Shown here: piece after piece, positions 1 through 13,500 of the stretch
How positions within the stretch are numbered: position 1 is the first letter of the stretch
How the letters are laid out: every line of letters starts with the position of its first letter
Assembly: GCF_028641065.1 (NCBI RefSeq)
Contig: NC_073416.1
Location: 7,750,001-7,814,000, forward strand
From: Leucoraja erinacea
Lineage: Eukaryota
Direction of reading: 5' to 3'
Length of the DNA stretch: 64,000 nucleotides
Translations under genes and position numbers: made by a program
Notes under the pieces: model-generated
What the model was told of the DNA's origin: nothing
What the model saw: the letters and a program-made list of their open reading frames with translations, nothing else
Databases searched by the model: none

Positions 1-1421
1 ATGAAATTTATGTATATTCTGTACTGAATTACCTGTGGGAATCAACAATTATCTATACAGAACAATCCCTCACAAGATTATAAGGCTAGTGAGATCTCAT
101 GCTAAAGCAGAATGCTTCCTGGGATGTGGAATTTGGTATTCTAGCGCCATTATGTTCTTAAATTGTGTACAAACCATATTAACTCAAAATAAATTATTTA
201 AGCTCCGTACAAGGTATATAGTTTGCAATGGCAAAACAATTCTTGCAATAGGCTTCAAAGTAAGTGTTCCTGTCCCAGAGGGGCATGTTAAATGTCTCTA
301 TAGCATTGATTCCTATCATTTGTATTTTTATTTGTTGAATAATGTGCAAGCCAAAGTGGATTACATGGTAACCTCACGCAAGTCCACTGAACAATTGATT
401 TAGTGCACTGTCATCTTAAATGTTCCCTCGTATCATAAACAGTTCTGAAAAACCATTGGCACTTGCATCCTGCAGGCACCAAAATCACAAACACTCATTG
501 TTAAAGGACTATTGTCATTGCCACAGAGCAGTCGCACGTCATGTAAAATCATTACTCTCCGCTCCATCCAGTGCATCAGTTGCTCCACATCAACTGTCCA
601 AATATACTTTCAATTAATTGTAAGCACACTATGATATCTTTTTACATATTTACTTAGAAAATAAAGCTTCTTTGTGCCATATGTGGTTGCTAATAGATGA
701 TAACAGTTCCAGATGCAATATATTGACTTAGTATAAGCTAATACATCAATTAATTTGATTTTTGTGATCATTTGAACTCAATAAGTAAAAGTCCCACTTG
801 ACGCTATTTTTATGATGTATTTTGTAGATATTGGATTAGGATGCTCTGGTGGGCAGGATAGATGCTATAAAACAGCACATCAACTTGACTATATTAGCTG
901 AAGAGTTAATACATCTTGTTAAATTCATAGCAAGGAAACAACACTTTCATGAGCATTCATAATTACAAATCTTTGAAAATAAAGGTGCGCTTTAGTTTGG
1001 CCTAATCTCATATTATGTTTTATGAAAATATCGGATTGGAATGGACTGAATTTTCTATAGCAAGTTACTTTATGTTAAATTCCTTTCTGTTTTAAGGTGC
1101 CCAAACTTGCCAAGTGTTTGACTCCGAATATCACAAAAGTGCCTGCCCTCCACTTGGCACCTCCCCACAGTAACACTGTTAAAATTCAGAATATACTCTA
1201 CGTTTGGTCAAAGGGGATCACCAATCTGAGGTTTATCTGCTGGTTAAAAGGCACTTGACTGTGCATCTCTTTCTAATTTATACAGGAAAATGCACAATGG
1301 ACTCAACAGACATCTTAATTTGAAGCTCAACCACTGACAGAATGAGCCTTCCTTTAAACATATGAATATGCCCCTGCATAACTGGCGCCTGATGGCTATT
1401 GTTCCTCAACTCACAGACATC
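1..1421 (-). other. Probable STAT6 3'UTR; candidate AATAAA at 327-332 (minus strand)
   Basis: AT-rich stretch with no recognisable repeats downstream of the stop; true 3' end unknown. Confidence 0.55.
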
Positions 1422-1503
1422 TCAAAACTCAGTTGAATCTTCTATATCCATGTTCAGAAAAGCATTCAGGTCCAATTCAGAGGGCACATGAAGATTTTCA
1501 GTG
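1422..1503 (-). CDS. stat6: STAT6 terminal coding exon ([26 protein letters not shown])
   Basis: Strong polypyrimidine tract and cag acceptor; TGA at 1422-1424; [10 protein letters not shown] resembles STAT6 PTEQDLTKLL. Confidence 0.8.
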
Positions 1504-4500
1504 CTGAAGGGAGAACAAAAATAGGATGTGACATTAATGTTCTCAAAGAATAATACAACCCTCATGTAGGTATGTATTTTTGAGTGGCACTGCATAATCT
1601 ACTACAGAATAGATCAGGTAGATGCACAGAGTCTCTTGCCCAGAGTAGGGGAATTGTCAACTAGAGGATATAGGTTGAAGGTGAAGAGGGAAAGGTTTAA
1701 TAGGAATCTACCTTTTCCACACAAAGGGTGGTGGTGGGTGTATGGAACGAGCTGCCGGAGGAGGTAGCTGAGGCTGGTACCTTCTGAACCTTCTGAATTT
1801 TATAGTCAGCAGGGCACTATTCTGCATATCGCCGACTTGGACAATTTTTACATTTTTATCAAGCCAATTAATCAATCCAATTAACCTACAAACTGCACGT
1901 CTTTGGAGTGTGGGAAGAAACCGAAGATTTCAGAGAAAACCCACGCAGATCACTGGGAGAACGTACAAACTATACAGATAGCACCCGTAGTCGGGATCGA
2001 ACCCGGATCTCTGGCGCTGCATTTTGCTGTAAGGCAGCAACTCTACCGCTGTGCCACCGTGACTGCCCCAACGATTATGAAACAATTAGACAGGCACATG
2101 GATAGGACAGGTTTGGAGGGTTATGGGCCAAACGCAGGCAGGTGGGACAAGTGTAGATGGGACATGTTTGTCGGTGTGGGCAAGTTAGGTCGAAGGGCCT
2201 GTTTCAACGCTGTATCACTCTATGACTACATAGCAACACGAATGTTTTTAGCTGAAGTCTCAGCTTGATGTTGAGTTACAGTAAGTTGTTTGCTGCTGGG
2301 TGTTAACAACAGATGCCTGCATTGCGCAGGCGAGTGATGAGTTCATTCATTTCTTTGCACAGGAATGGCTCTTGTTAGACAGTCCTATATTTGGGGCTCG
2401 GAAGGATGGGGAAAAGATAAAGTAAATCTTAACCCCCCCCCCAGCAAAAGGATGTAAATATCTTTATCTTGCTTACCCACTCACAAACTGATGATCTCCT
2501 TCATAATAGTTGTTCACCTCCAAGTCATTCCCACTTTGAAACGGAGCAAGAAGATGACTTCTTGAAAGGAAGAAGATTATTAGTGAGGCAGTGTAACAAT
2601 GTAAGTATATCACATGGAAGTGAGCACTAAGATTGTAAGACGTCAACACAAAGCTTTAAAGGTAGGAAGTAAAAACCCTGGTTAATGTACAAAAATGGCA
2701 ATATGTTATAGCCTTGAACAATCAGAACTGTATGCCAGAAATACAAGGATGAGAAAAATTGCGAGGCGATTTTCAGAATATCATGAGCACATTAATGAGA
2801 GGAACATCGCACTCAAATTGAATTTTTCGTGACATTTGAACTTTTCCCAGTGTGTATGATTGCCGGCCATTGGAAGAGCTTTACTGGGACGGGCCCTCTT
2901 GCCACTGCACACTAATTAGTTTAGTTACAGCATGGAAACAGGCCCGAAAGCCCATGGCGACCATTGATCACCCATTCACCCACTTTCCCATCCTCTGGGT
3001 CGCCTGGGCGAGGGTGTCTGATGTTGTGAGACCCGAAACACCCGATGGCCCCAGGTCACATCACTGAGGATGCGTCCCAGCGCATCTAGAAGATGGATAT
3101 ATTTCACACTGAAATAAAAAGTGTTCTTAAATTTGCAAGTAGTCAATGGAAATGGATTTTAAAATTTTAATATAATGGTAAACTGGAAATAATGAGATGC
3201 AAAGAGCACCGAGGGAGGCAGAGATGCAAGGGGGGGAATCAAGTTCCACATTTAAGGCCAATTTGTAAAACGAGGCAAACTACAATTAGAACACGGTTCA
3301 CCGCAGAGAGTGTTCAGAAGCTGTTTCAACTTTAAGAAATTATGTTTCATTAAATTAATTTGATGGTTTGGCATGAGAATCTGCACAAGGCCGCTAGAAC
3401 GCCTGATGCTTTTCACTTTGTTCACAGCCTACCAGCACAAATTGGCATGGTAATTCCTGAGGTGACAAACCCAAAGCCCAGTTAAACCAGAGCCTTTGTC
3501 ACAACGTTCTCAGTCGTGCCCGATTCAAGCAGCTTGCCAGCAACGCACATCACAGTTTAGGCCACCAGAGGAGCAGTGAAGTGGGAATGGGATGAGGCTG
3601 TGGAGGTGTCAAGTGGGAGTTGGTCAGGAGTGTTGTGGAGTTGACCCACTCACAGATTCACACTGAAATAGGAATTTCACGCAAGATTGCGTGGGGCATG
3701 CAGTCCAATTTGTTACAGTACAATTACAAACAAACATCATAGTCCACTATAGACTTCTTAATTGTTAAGGGTTTGGACACGCTAGAGGCAGGAAACATGT
3801 TCCCGATGTTGGGGGAGTCCAGATCCAGGGGCCACAGTTTAAGAATAAGGAGTAAAACCATTTAGAATGGAGACGAGGAAACACTTTTTCTCACAGAGAG
3901 TGGTGCGTCTGTGGAATTCTCTGTCTGTGGAGGCCGGTTCTCTGAATGCTTTCAAATAGTGGAGTCAGGGGATATGGGGAGAAGGCAGAAGAGGGATACT
4001 GATTGTGGATGATCAGTCATGATCACATTGAATGGCTCGAAGGGCTGAATGGCCTACTCCTGCACCTATTGTCTATTGTCTATTGACTGCTAAAAGAACC
4101 ATGCTTAAATCAGGTAATTGATCAATGCTAACATTTTAGAAACCAAACTGACCCTTGAATTGTATTTGGAAATTCTTCATCCTGGTTCATGGGAATCATT
4201 ATGTGCGGAGACAATGCGATGGATGGGGTGACTGAGGCGTCTGCCCTGCAGGAAAGTAAGACCATTTGATGTTAAATATCTTCATTCAGACACTAATTTG
4301 TAATCAAAGGCTGCTGCTAAATATCGGAGTCACAAGAAACTGCAGATGGGTCAGACAGCATCTCTGGAGGGAAGGGACAAATTATGTTTTGGGTCAGGAC
4401 CCTTCTTCATCCTGATGGAGGGGAGATGAAACATTGTCGCATTTCCCTTCACTCCATCACAGATGCTGCCTGACCCGCTGAGTTCCCCCAGCAGTCTGTT

Positions 4501-7500
4501 TTTTGCTGTTAAATCTTTTTTTTGCTGAACTGTCATAAGGGATTATACATTGTACGAGGAGATATCTGCACACATACACCAGTCACTTTCTGACATTACA
4601 CTTCAAAAGTATTGTATTGGCTTCAATATGCCTTGGGATGCCTTCAAAGATATACTAAAAGGCATTACATAAATGCAAGCCACTTTTCTATCACAGATGA
4701 ATTAAACTGCTTCCACCAAAACTGATATAACTGCAATCTATTGTGTTTGGAACCTGACACATTGCTGACAAAAACTGCTCAAGTGCAATATTTCTATGGA
4801 CAAAAACAATTTTAAAACAGCTCGTCACATTATTCCTAGAAATTCTATTTGGGTGTGTTAGAATGGAACAGAAGACAAAATACAGCAAGCTGCGGGAAAA
4901 ACTACATTGGTGTGGTTGTGGTGTTGTGGGGGGGGGGGAAATATGGTTGAGAGATCATAAGGAGGGAGTTGGGAAGAAATCGCAGCGGCAAGGGTCCATC
5001 TGGAGATCAATGGTTGTTGGAGGAGCTTTTAGTTTAGTTTAGAGATACAGCGTGGAAACAGGCCCTTCGCACTGACCAGCGATCCACGCACATTAACACT
5101 ATCCTACGCACACTCGGGACAATTTTACATTTATACCAAGCCAATTAACCCACAAATCCACACAGAGTGTGGGAGGAAACAAAAGATCTCGAAGAAAACC
5201 CACGTGGTCACGGGGAGAACGTATAAACTCTGTACTGACGGCACCCGTAGTTGGGATCGAACCTGGATCTCTGGCGCTGTGAGGCAGCAACTCTACCGCT
5301 GTGTCACTGTGCAGCCCGTCTGATGTGAGAAAATGCCTGAGAATTTTTGTAAGCTTTCAAGTTTCTGTACCTTCTGCCGGACGGGAGTGGGGAGAAGAAG
5401 GAATGACCGGGGTGGGACAGGGACAAGTCTCTGATTGTGTTTGCTGCTTTTCTGAGGCAGCGTGAAGTGAAGATGGAGTCAATGGTGGGGAGTGTGGCGT
5501 GTGTGGTGGACTGGGCTACATCTACAATGGTGGGGAGTGTGGCGTGTGTGGTGGACTGGGCTACATCTACAATGGTGGGGAGTGTGGTGTGTGTGGTGGA
5601 CTGGGCTACATCTACAATGGTGGGGAGTGTGGTGTGTGGTGGACTGGGCTACATCTACAATGGTGGGGAGTGTGGTGTGTGTGATGGACTGGGCTACATC
5701 TACAATGGTGGGGGTGTGTGGTGTGTGTGATGGACTGGGCTACATCTACAATGGTGGGGAGTGTGGCGTGTGTGATGGACTGGGCTACATCTACAATGGT
5801 GGGGAGTGTGGCATGTGTGATGGACTGGGCTACATCTACAATGGTGGGGAGTGTGGCATGTGTGATGGACTGGGCTACATCTACAATGGTGGGGAGTGTG
5901 GCGTGTGTGGTGACTGGGCTACATCTACAATGGTGGGGAGTGTGGTGTGTGTGATGGACTGGGCTACATCTACAATGGTGGGGAGTGTGGTGTGTGTGAT
6001 GGACTGGGCTTCATCTACAATGGTGGGGAGTCTGGTCCGTGTGGTGGACTGGGCTACATCTACAATGGTGGGGAGTGTGGTGTGTGTGGGACTGGGCTAC
6101 ATCTACAATGGTGGGGAGTGTGGTGTGTGAGGGACTGGGCTACATCTACAATGGTGGGGAGTGTGGTGTGTGTGATCTGTGTGCTAACTCTCTGTCTTGC
6201 AAAAGTTCTCAAACTACTTCACTACCTTCTATCACCACTCTGCCGTTCCTGCTCGAGTCTAACTCATAGCTGTGAACCACAGTGGACAGTAAGACACGGC
6301 AGGTTTGTGGAAATGTGACCAGGAAGAAGACACTTCAGAGAGAGGGAGGGGATGACGATATTGTACGAGTAGGGTTTTAGAGAAGAAGAACGATCACTTA
6401 GTCCAAAAGGGGAAAATTACAATTGGGAAAGTTAACGTGTTCGTTCAAACATAATGTTGCAAAGTCAGTTGTAACAACGGCTGCACTTACTTCTCATAGT
6501 TGATGCCGCTTGGGATCTGTTGCCATCTTGGGACATCAGATGTAGTACACAGAATAGGAGGCTGGGCCACTGGTGACGGGACCATGCTTGGCACCACCAT
6601 TTGCGTTTGTTCACTGAAATAAAGCAGGTGAGTGAACGATATTTCTTCTATGAGCACGGACGTTCTTGGAGATAAGGACAGAGGGGCGAAGGCGAGGAGC
6701 TGAAGAGGGACTGATGCAGAGCAAAGAGGATAGTGTTATCTTTGCTCCCTGGGGTGATTCGGCAGTGATGAACAACTGTGGCAAAGGAGCCCGAGTCTTC
6801 CATCAAAGTTGGATTCAACACCAGATTGAATTACTGGAGATAGGTACAAAGTGCTGGAGTAGTAACTCAGTGGGTCAGGCAGCATCTCTGGAGAGAAGGA
6901 ATGGGTGACATTTCGGGCCGAGACCTTTCTGAATTGCTGGGCTGGCTTACATTTGGCAGGGTCATCAAAAGTGAAAGGGAAGGAATGGTTTAACAACTCA
7001 ACAACAATATAATTAATGACAAATTGAGGCCCAAAGGTTGTGAATTGGTGGAAGAGTTTATTCTGGGCAGAAACAGGAGTGGGATTGTCAGCCAGTGGAG
7101 GAATGTGTGTGGTGGAGACCAGGGACGTACGTGATTGGAAAAGATCTCGTCTGTGACTGAGACCACAGACAGTCTAGAGGATGAACAAGCTGGGTGTACA
7201 TATAGGGGAATCTAATGAGGGAGGTGGCAAGTTGAAAAGGTTCCCAGACCTCAGATGAATGTAACAATTAAATATTTTGGAAAGTGCAGTCACCATTTTC
7301 CAACAAATCCTTTTAGAAGGATGAGAGGGTCTCTCATTGAAACATATAAGATTGTTAAGGGTTTGGACACACTAGAGGCAGGAAACATGTTCCCGATGTT
7401 GGGGGAGTCCAGAACCAGGGGCCACACACAGTTTAAGAATAAGGGGTTGGCCATTTAGAACGGAGACGAGGAAACACTTTTTCTCACAGAGAGTGGTGAG

Positions 7501-10500
7501 TGTGTGGAATTTTCCGCCTCAGAGGGCGGTGGAGGCCGGTTCTCTGGATGCTTCAAGAGAGAGCTAGATAGGGCTCTTAAAGATAGCAGAGTCAGGGGAT
7601 ATGGGGAGAAGGCAGGAACGGGGTACTGATTGGGGATGATCAGCCATGATCACATTGAATGGTAGTGCTGGCTGGAAGGGCCAAATGGCCTCCTCCTGCA
7701 CCTATTGTCTATTGTCTAACAGTCCCATTGAAGAGGGAAGGTTCCCTGCAGGAGTGTAGAATTACGGTCTGCTCGCACTTTTACAGCTGGCAAACTCTGT
7801 TTACAAAATTTAGCAAAAACAAAAATGAGGACCAGTGTATCCGTGCTCTTACCCATTCACCGTGGTCTTTACGCCAGCGTGGAGGTAGCCATCTTTGCCC
7901 TTTGCTTCCTCTGCCGAGACAAAGAGACAAACAAGGTTGCTTGCTTATCGGGGAGACAAGGAACTGCAGATGCCGGAATCTTGAGCAAAACTCAAAGTGC
8001 TGGAGGAACTCAGCAGGTCAGACAGCATCTCTGGAGGGAATGGACAGACGATGCTTCTGGTTGGGGCCTGTTGGTCTGAAAAAAGGTCCCGGCCAACAAC
8101 ATTGTCTGGCCATCTGGCTCCACAGATGACCCGCTGAGTTCCTCCAACACTTTGTAGGCTGTTTGCTTATCGTTCTCACAATCATTTTTCAAAAATTAAA
8201 ACAAAACATGATGGGAGGGAGAACATTTACATAGACTACTTTGAATATATTTAGAAACATAGACAATAGGTGCAGGAGGAGGCCATTCGGCCCTTCGAAC
8301 CTGCACCGCCATTCAATATGATCATGGCTGATCATCCAACTCAGTATCCTGTACCTGCTTTCTCTCCATACCCCCTGATCCCTTTAGCTACAAGGGCCAC
8401 ATCTAACTCCCACTTAAATATAGCCAATGAACTGGCCTCAACTACCTTCTGTGGCAGAGAATTCCACAAATCCACCACTATGTGTGAAAAATGTTTTTCT
8501 CATCTAGGTCCTAAAAGACTTCTCCCTTATCCTTAAACAAACTGTGACCCCTTGTTCTGGACTTCCTCATAATCGGGAACAATCTTCCTGCATCTAGCCT
8601 GTCCAACCCTTTAAGAATTTTGTAAGTTTCTATAAGTTCCCCCCTCAATCTTCTAAATTCTAGCGAGTACAAGCCGAGTCTATCCAGTCTTTCTTCATAT
8701 GAAAGTCCTGACATCCCAGGAATCAGTCTGGTGAACCTTCTCTGCACTCCCTCTATGGCAAGAATGTCTTTCCTCAGATTAGGAGACCAAAACTGCACGC
8801 AATACTCCAGGTGTGGTCTCACCAAGATCCTGTATAACTGCAGTAGAACCTCCCTGCTCTTATACTCAAATCCTTTTGCTATTTAATTTGTACTAGGAAG
8901 AGAGTAAAAGCTCTTCAAATTAAATCTGAATCAAAAGAACAGGAGCAGCTGTATCATCAGTATTGTGCTGCAATTCAATCAGGCTATGACACTGTCAGAA
9001 ATAATTTTTTTGTCCATGACTGGCAGGTTTTTTGATACGTACTTGTGTAGTACTTTTTGAAAGTTTCATCTTTGCATCTCTCGGGAAACAGATAAAGCAG
9101 GCGTTCAATATCTCGGACACGATCTCCCAGCGACCGAATGGTTAAATCCTTTGTAGTGAAAGGCTGGACATTGAAGACCTGTCTGCCACCTGCAGCATGA
9201 AAAAGAGAGTCAGAACAAGGCACTCGAGAGAATTGTTGGCATTTACAGCATGGAAGATGGCCATTTGGCCCGCTGGGGAGAGAGGGAAATAGCTAATATC
9301 TCAAGATTTCATCACAACTGGCCAGTCTGACATGGACGGGAAATGCAGTTGTCAAAAATAATGGCTCGAATGTCATTTCACACCTCATGAATTCTTGGTA
9401 CATTATTTAGTTTAGTTTGGAGATAGAGATTAATTTAGAGATTTTAAATCAATTTGTTATTGAAATTCCTGCGGTTTTAATTGAATTAGAAATGTGTGCC
9501 TTAGAAGAACCAAATTAAATCAAATCACAGTGAGCTCAATGTAGTTAGTTTGGAAATATCTCTCCATGAAGGACTCAATATTACGCTTTTGGATATGTAT
9601 ATGTAAATTCTCCAATTCTAAAATATTTATTTAGTTCAGTTTAGTTTATTGTTACGTGTACCGAGGTACCGTGAAAAGCTTTTGTTGCGTGCTATCCAGT
9701 CAGCGGAAAGACAATACACGATTACAATCTGAGAGGAATTTAAGATCATCATAGTTAAAGTAAGTATTGTTGCTGTAGGAGTTGAGATTTAAGAGTGTGG
9801 AACGATTGTAATATGAGTTTGTAGATCTGCTTCTGTGACTAACACGCTAATAGCCACCTAGGTTGGACGCCATCTTGGAAGCAGGGCTTGTAGAGGATGG
9901 GTTAGATACATCGTAAAGCGCTCAAAAAAGAAAGAGAAATAATGGGTAGATATTGTGCTAGATCTCGGTCAGGGGCAGCATAAACCACCCTGGAGAGGGT
10001 ATCTGATGGCTGGTTGGGGGCTTTCCAGAACCAGTGGGCATAGCCACTGCCTCAAAAAGGCTGGCAGCATCATCAAGGACCCACAGCATCCTGGCCACAC
10101 ACTCATCTCCCCGCTACCTTCAGGTAGAAGGTACAGGAGCCTGAAGACTGCAACGATCAGGTTCAGGAATAGCTACTTCCCCACAGCCATCAGGCTATTG
10201 AACTCAACTCGGACAAAACTCTGAACACTAATAGACCATTATCTGTTTATTTGCACTTGATCAGTTTATTTATTCATGTGTGTATATATTTATACAATGG
10301 TATATGGACACACTGATCTGTTCTGTAGTCATGACTACTATATTCTGTTGTGCTGAAGCAAAGCAAGAATTTCATTGTCCTATCTGGGACTCATGACAAT
10401 AAACTCTCTTGAATCTTGAATAGCAGGGGCTGGAATACACCCTATAAAGAAGGATAATATCTCAAGGGTTTGATATTCTAAAGTTAGATGTCTGCCCTAC

Positions 10501-13500
10501 ACAAATAGTCGCCTGGGTTGGGCGCACACACTAAAAGAAACATAGTCAAAGAAAGCCTCGAAGCTTTGCAAGAGAGAACAGGGTTACCCTTCTCAGAGTC
10601 GTCAATCCATGCTATCGTAATCCCACCAATCTCAGAGTCGCTGAAGCGAAGGAGAAAGGTCCCATTCATCCGTAGGTTCAGTAGTCTGTTGGCGTACTGC
10701 TTGCTGACAAAACCAATGATCAACCTGAAAACAGAGGGTCAACACTCTTCAGCGACATTCCTTCTTCTGGGGATTAGTGTAGTAGCAAAAACCTCCTTTC
10801 CATAACAGTTTGCAACTTTGCACGTAGGTGACAACAAGAAAACATGGCCCCATGATGTCACTACTAATGATGTTACTATCTAAATGGCGTCAAGTTGGGA
10901 AAGGAAGAAGTACAATGGGATCTGGGGGTCCTGGATAGAGTGGATGTGAAGAGGATGTTTCCACTAGCGGGAGAGTTCAGGACTAGAGATCACAGACTCA
11001 GAATTAAAGGACGTTCCTTTAGGAAGGAGATGAGGAGGAATTTCTCTAGTCTGAGGGTGGTGAATCTGTGGAATTCATTGCCACACAAGGCTTTGGAAGC
11101 CGTCAATTGATATTTTGAAGGAAGAGAGATAGATTGATTGTTGATTAGTACGGGTATCAGAGGGTTATGGGGAGAAGGCAGGAGAATGGGGTTAGGAGGG
11201 AGGCCTTGATTGAATGGCAACGTAGACTGGATGGGCCGAATCTACTATCACTTATAAATTTCTTCATAATTAATTAATACATTATTTGATAATATTCACC
11301 AATATATCTGAAGGATACTTGGACATTTTTGATAAAAGGTGACTTGAAATCAATGGAAATGACTGTGCATAGGGCATCAATCAGTGAATGCGGATTAGTT
11401 TGGCAAGGAACTAAAATTCTTACCCATTATACCAGTATTCCTTCAAGTGCTTTTTCGTGAGCTCCATCACGCCATCAAACCATTGCCAGAAAGTAAAGGT
11501 TCGTCCAGGTAGGTTTTCCTGAAAAAATGTGGAAATGATTCGGTAATGCCTTGCTTGCACTAAGATTACCCGACAAATCTAAATCACCAGATACAAGATG
11601 ATTATAGATGGATGGCTGCCTGTCATTTATTGTGATCACTGCTTGTGCTTCTAGACTTCACAGTGCTGTTGGAAGAAACCACAGATGCTGGTTTAAACCA
11701 TGGATCAACTGTGCATTCACCCTATCTAGTCCCCTCATCAAGATCTGTGATCACATCGAAGATAGACACACAATGCTGGAGTAACTCAGCGGGACAGGCA
11801 GCGTCTCTGGAGAGAAGGAATGGGTGACGTTTCAGGTTGAGACCTTCTTCAGACTGGTCAGGAGAGAGGGAAACGACAAATATAGACAGTGATGTAGAGA
11901 GATATGGAATAAATGAATGAAAGATGTGCAAAAAAGTAACGATGATAAAGGAAACAGGCCATTGTTAGCCGTTTGCGAGGTGAGAACAAGAACCTGGTGC
12001 AATGGGTGGGGAAGGGATGGAGAGGGGGAATGCAGGGGTTACTTGAAGTATGCTGCTGTTTGGGAACAGATCACCTACCTGACCTCACGACAACAGAGTA
12101 CTTTTCGCATCGAGAGCGCCAAAGGGGCCGATTACACCGCGGAGTGGGAGTTTGGGCACCATTAAAGTCAATTCTCAAAGTCAGTTAGCCAAGCTAGAAA
12201 ACTTTTCCCTCGGCAGATTTTCCAACGGACCAGAAATTGCGCGGACTGTTGCTGGGCTTGTAGCTTAAATGTTTAAATGGCACAGCCACGTGACCCTGAA
12301 ATTTAAATGTAACCTCACTTCTGGGTTTAGTCAATCTTCCCATGGCTAAAGATAGGCAAGTAAAAACCTTCCTCATGGAAGGTTGGTTAAGAAGGTTCAA
12401 TGGTTGGGTATTAATGGTGGAGTAGCAAGATGGATTCAACAGTGGCTGAATGGGAGATGCCAGAGAGTAATGGTGGATGGTTGTTTGTCAGGTTGGAGGC
12501 CAGTGACGAGTGGGGTGCCACAGGGATCTGTGTTGGGTCCACTGTTGTTTGTCATGTACATCAATGATCTGGATGATGGTGTGGTAAATTGGATTAGTAA
12601 GTATGCAGATGATACTAAGATAGGTGGGGTTGCGGGTAATGAAGTAGAGTTTCAAAGTCTACAGAGAGATTTATGCCAGTTGGAAGAGTGGGCTGAAAGA
12701 TGGCAGATGGAGTTTAATGCTGATAAGTGTGAGGTGCTACATCTTGGCAGGACAAATCAAAATAGGACGTACATGGTAAATGGTAGGGAATTGAAGAATG
12801 TAGGTGAACAGAGGGATCTGGGAATAACTGTGCACAGTTCCCTGAAAGTGGAATCTCGTGTAGATAGGGTGGTAAAGAAAGCTTTTGGTGTGCTGGCCTT
12901 TATAAATCAGAGCATTGAGTATAGAAGTTGGGATGTAATGTTAAAATTGTACAAGGCATTGGTGAGGCCAATTCTGGAGTATGGTGTACAATTTTGGTCG
13001 CCTAATTATAGGAAGGATGTCAACAAAATAGAGAGAGTACAGAGGAGATTTACTAGAATGTTGTCTGGGTTTCAGCAACTAAGTTACAGAGAAAGGTTGA
13101 ACAAGTTAGGGCTTTATTCTTTGGAGCGCAGAAGGTTAAGGGGGGACTTGATAGAGGTTTTTAAAATGATGAGAGGGATAGACAGAGTTGACGTGGAAAA
13201 GCTTTTCCCACTGAGAGTAGGGAAGATTCAAACAAGGGGACATGACATGAGAATTAAGGGACTGAAGTTTAGGGGTAACATGAGGGGGAACGTCTTTACT
13301 CAGAGAGTGGTAGCTGTGTGGAATGAGCTTCCAGTGAAGGTGGTGGAGGCAGGTTCGTTTTTATCATTTAAAAATAAATTGGATAGTTATATGGACGGGA
13401 AGGGAATGGAGGGTTATGGTCTGAGCGCAGGTATATGGGACTAGGGGAGATTATGTGTTCGGCACGGACTAGAAGGGTCGAGATGGCCTGTTTCCGTGCT

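Noticed and set aside
35-617. Plus-strand ORFs of 122 and 65 aa
   Set aside because: No recognisable motif; antisense to the probable 3'UTR; the first starts at a non-ATG codon.
5437-6318. Several long Cys/Gly/Trp-rich ORFs
   Set aside because: Artefacts of translating a stop-free 45-bp minisatellite.
12383-13444. 353-aa ORF as a host gene or a novel RT system
   Set aside because: 5'-truncated CR1 ORF2 fragment with no ATG start or endonuclease domain, and with a typical 3' tail.
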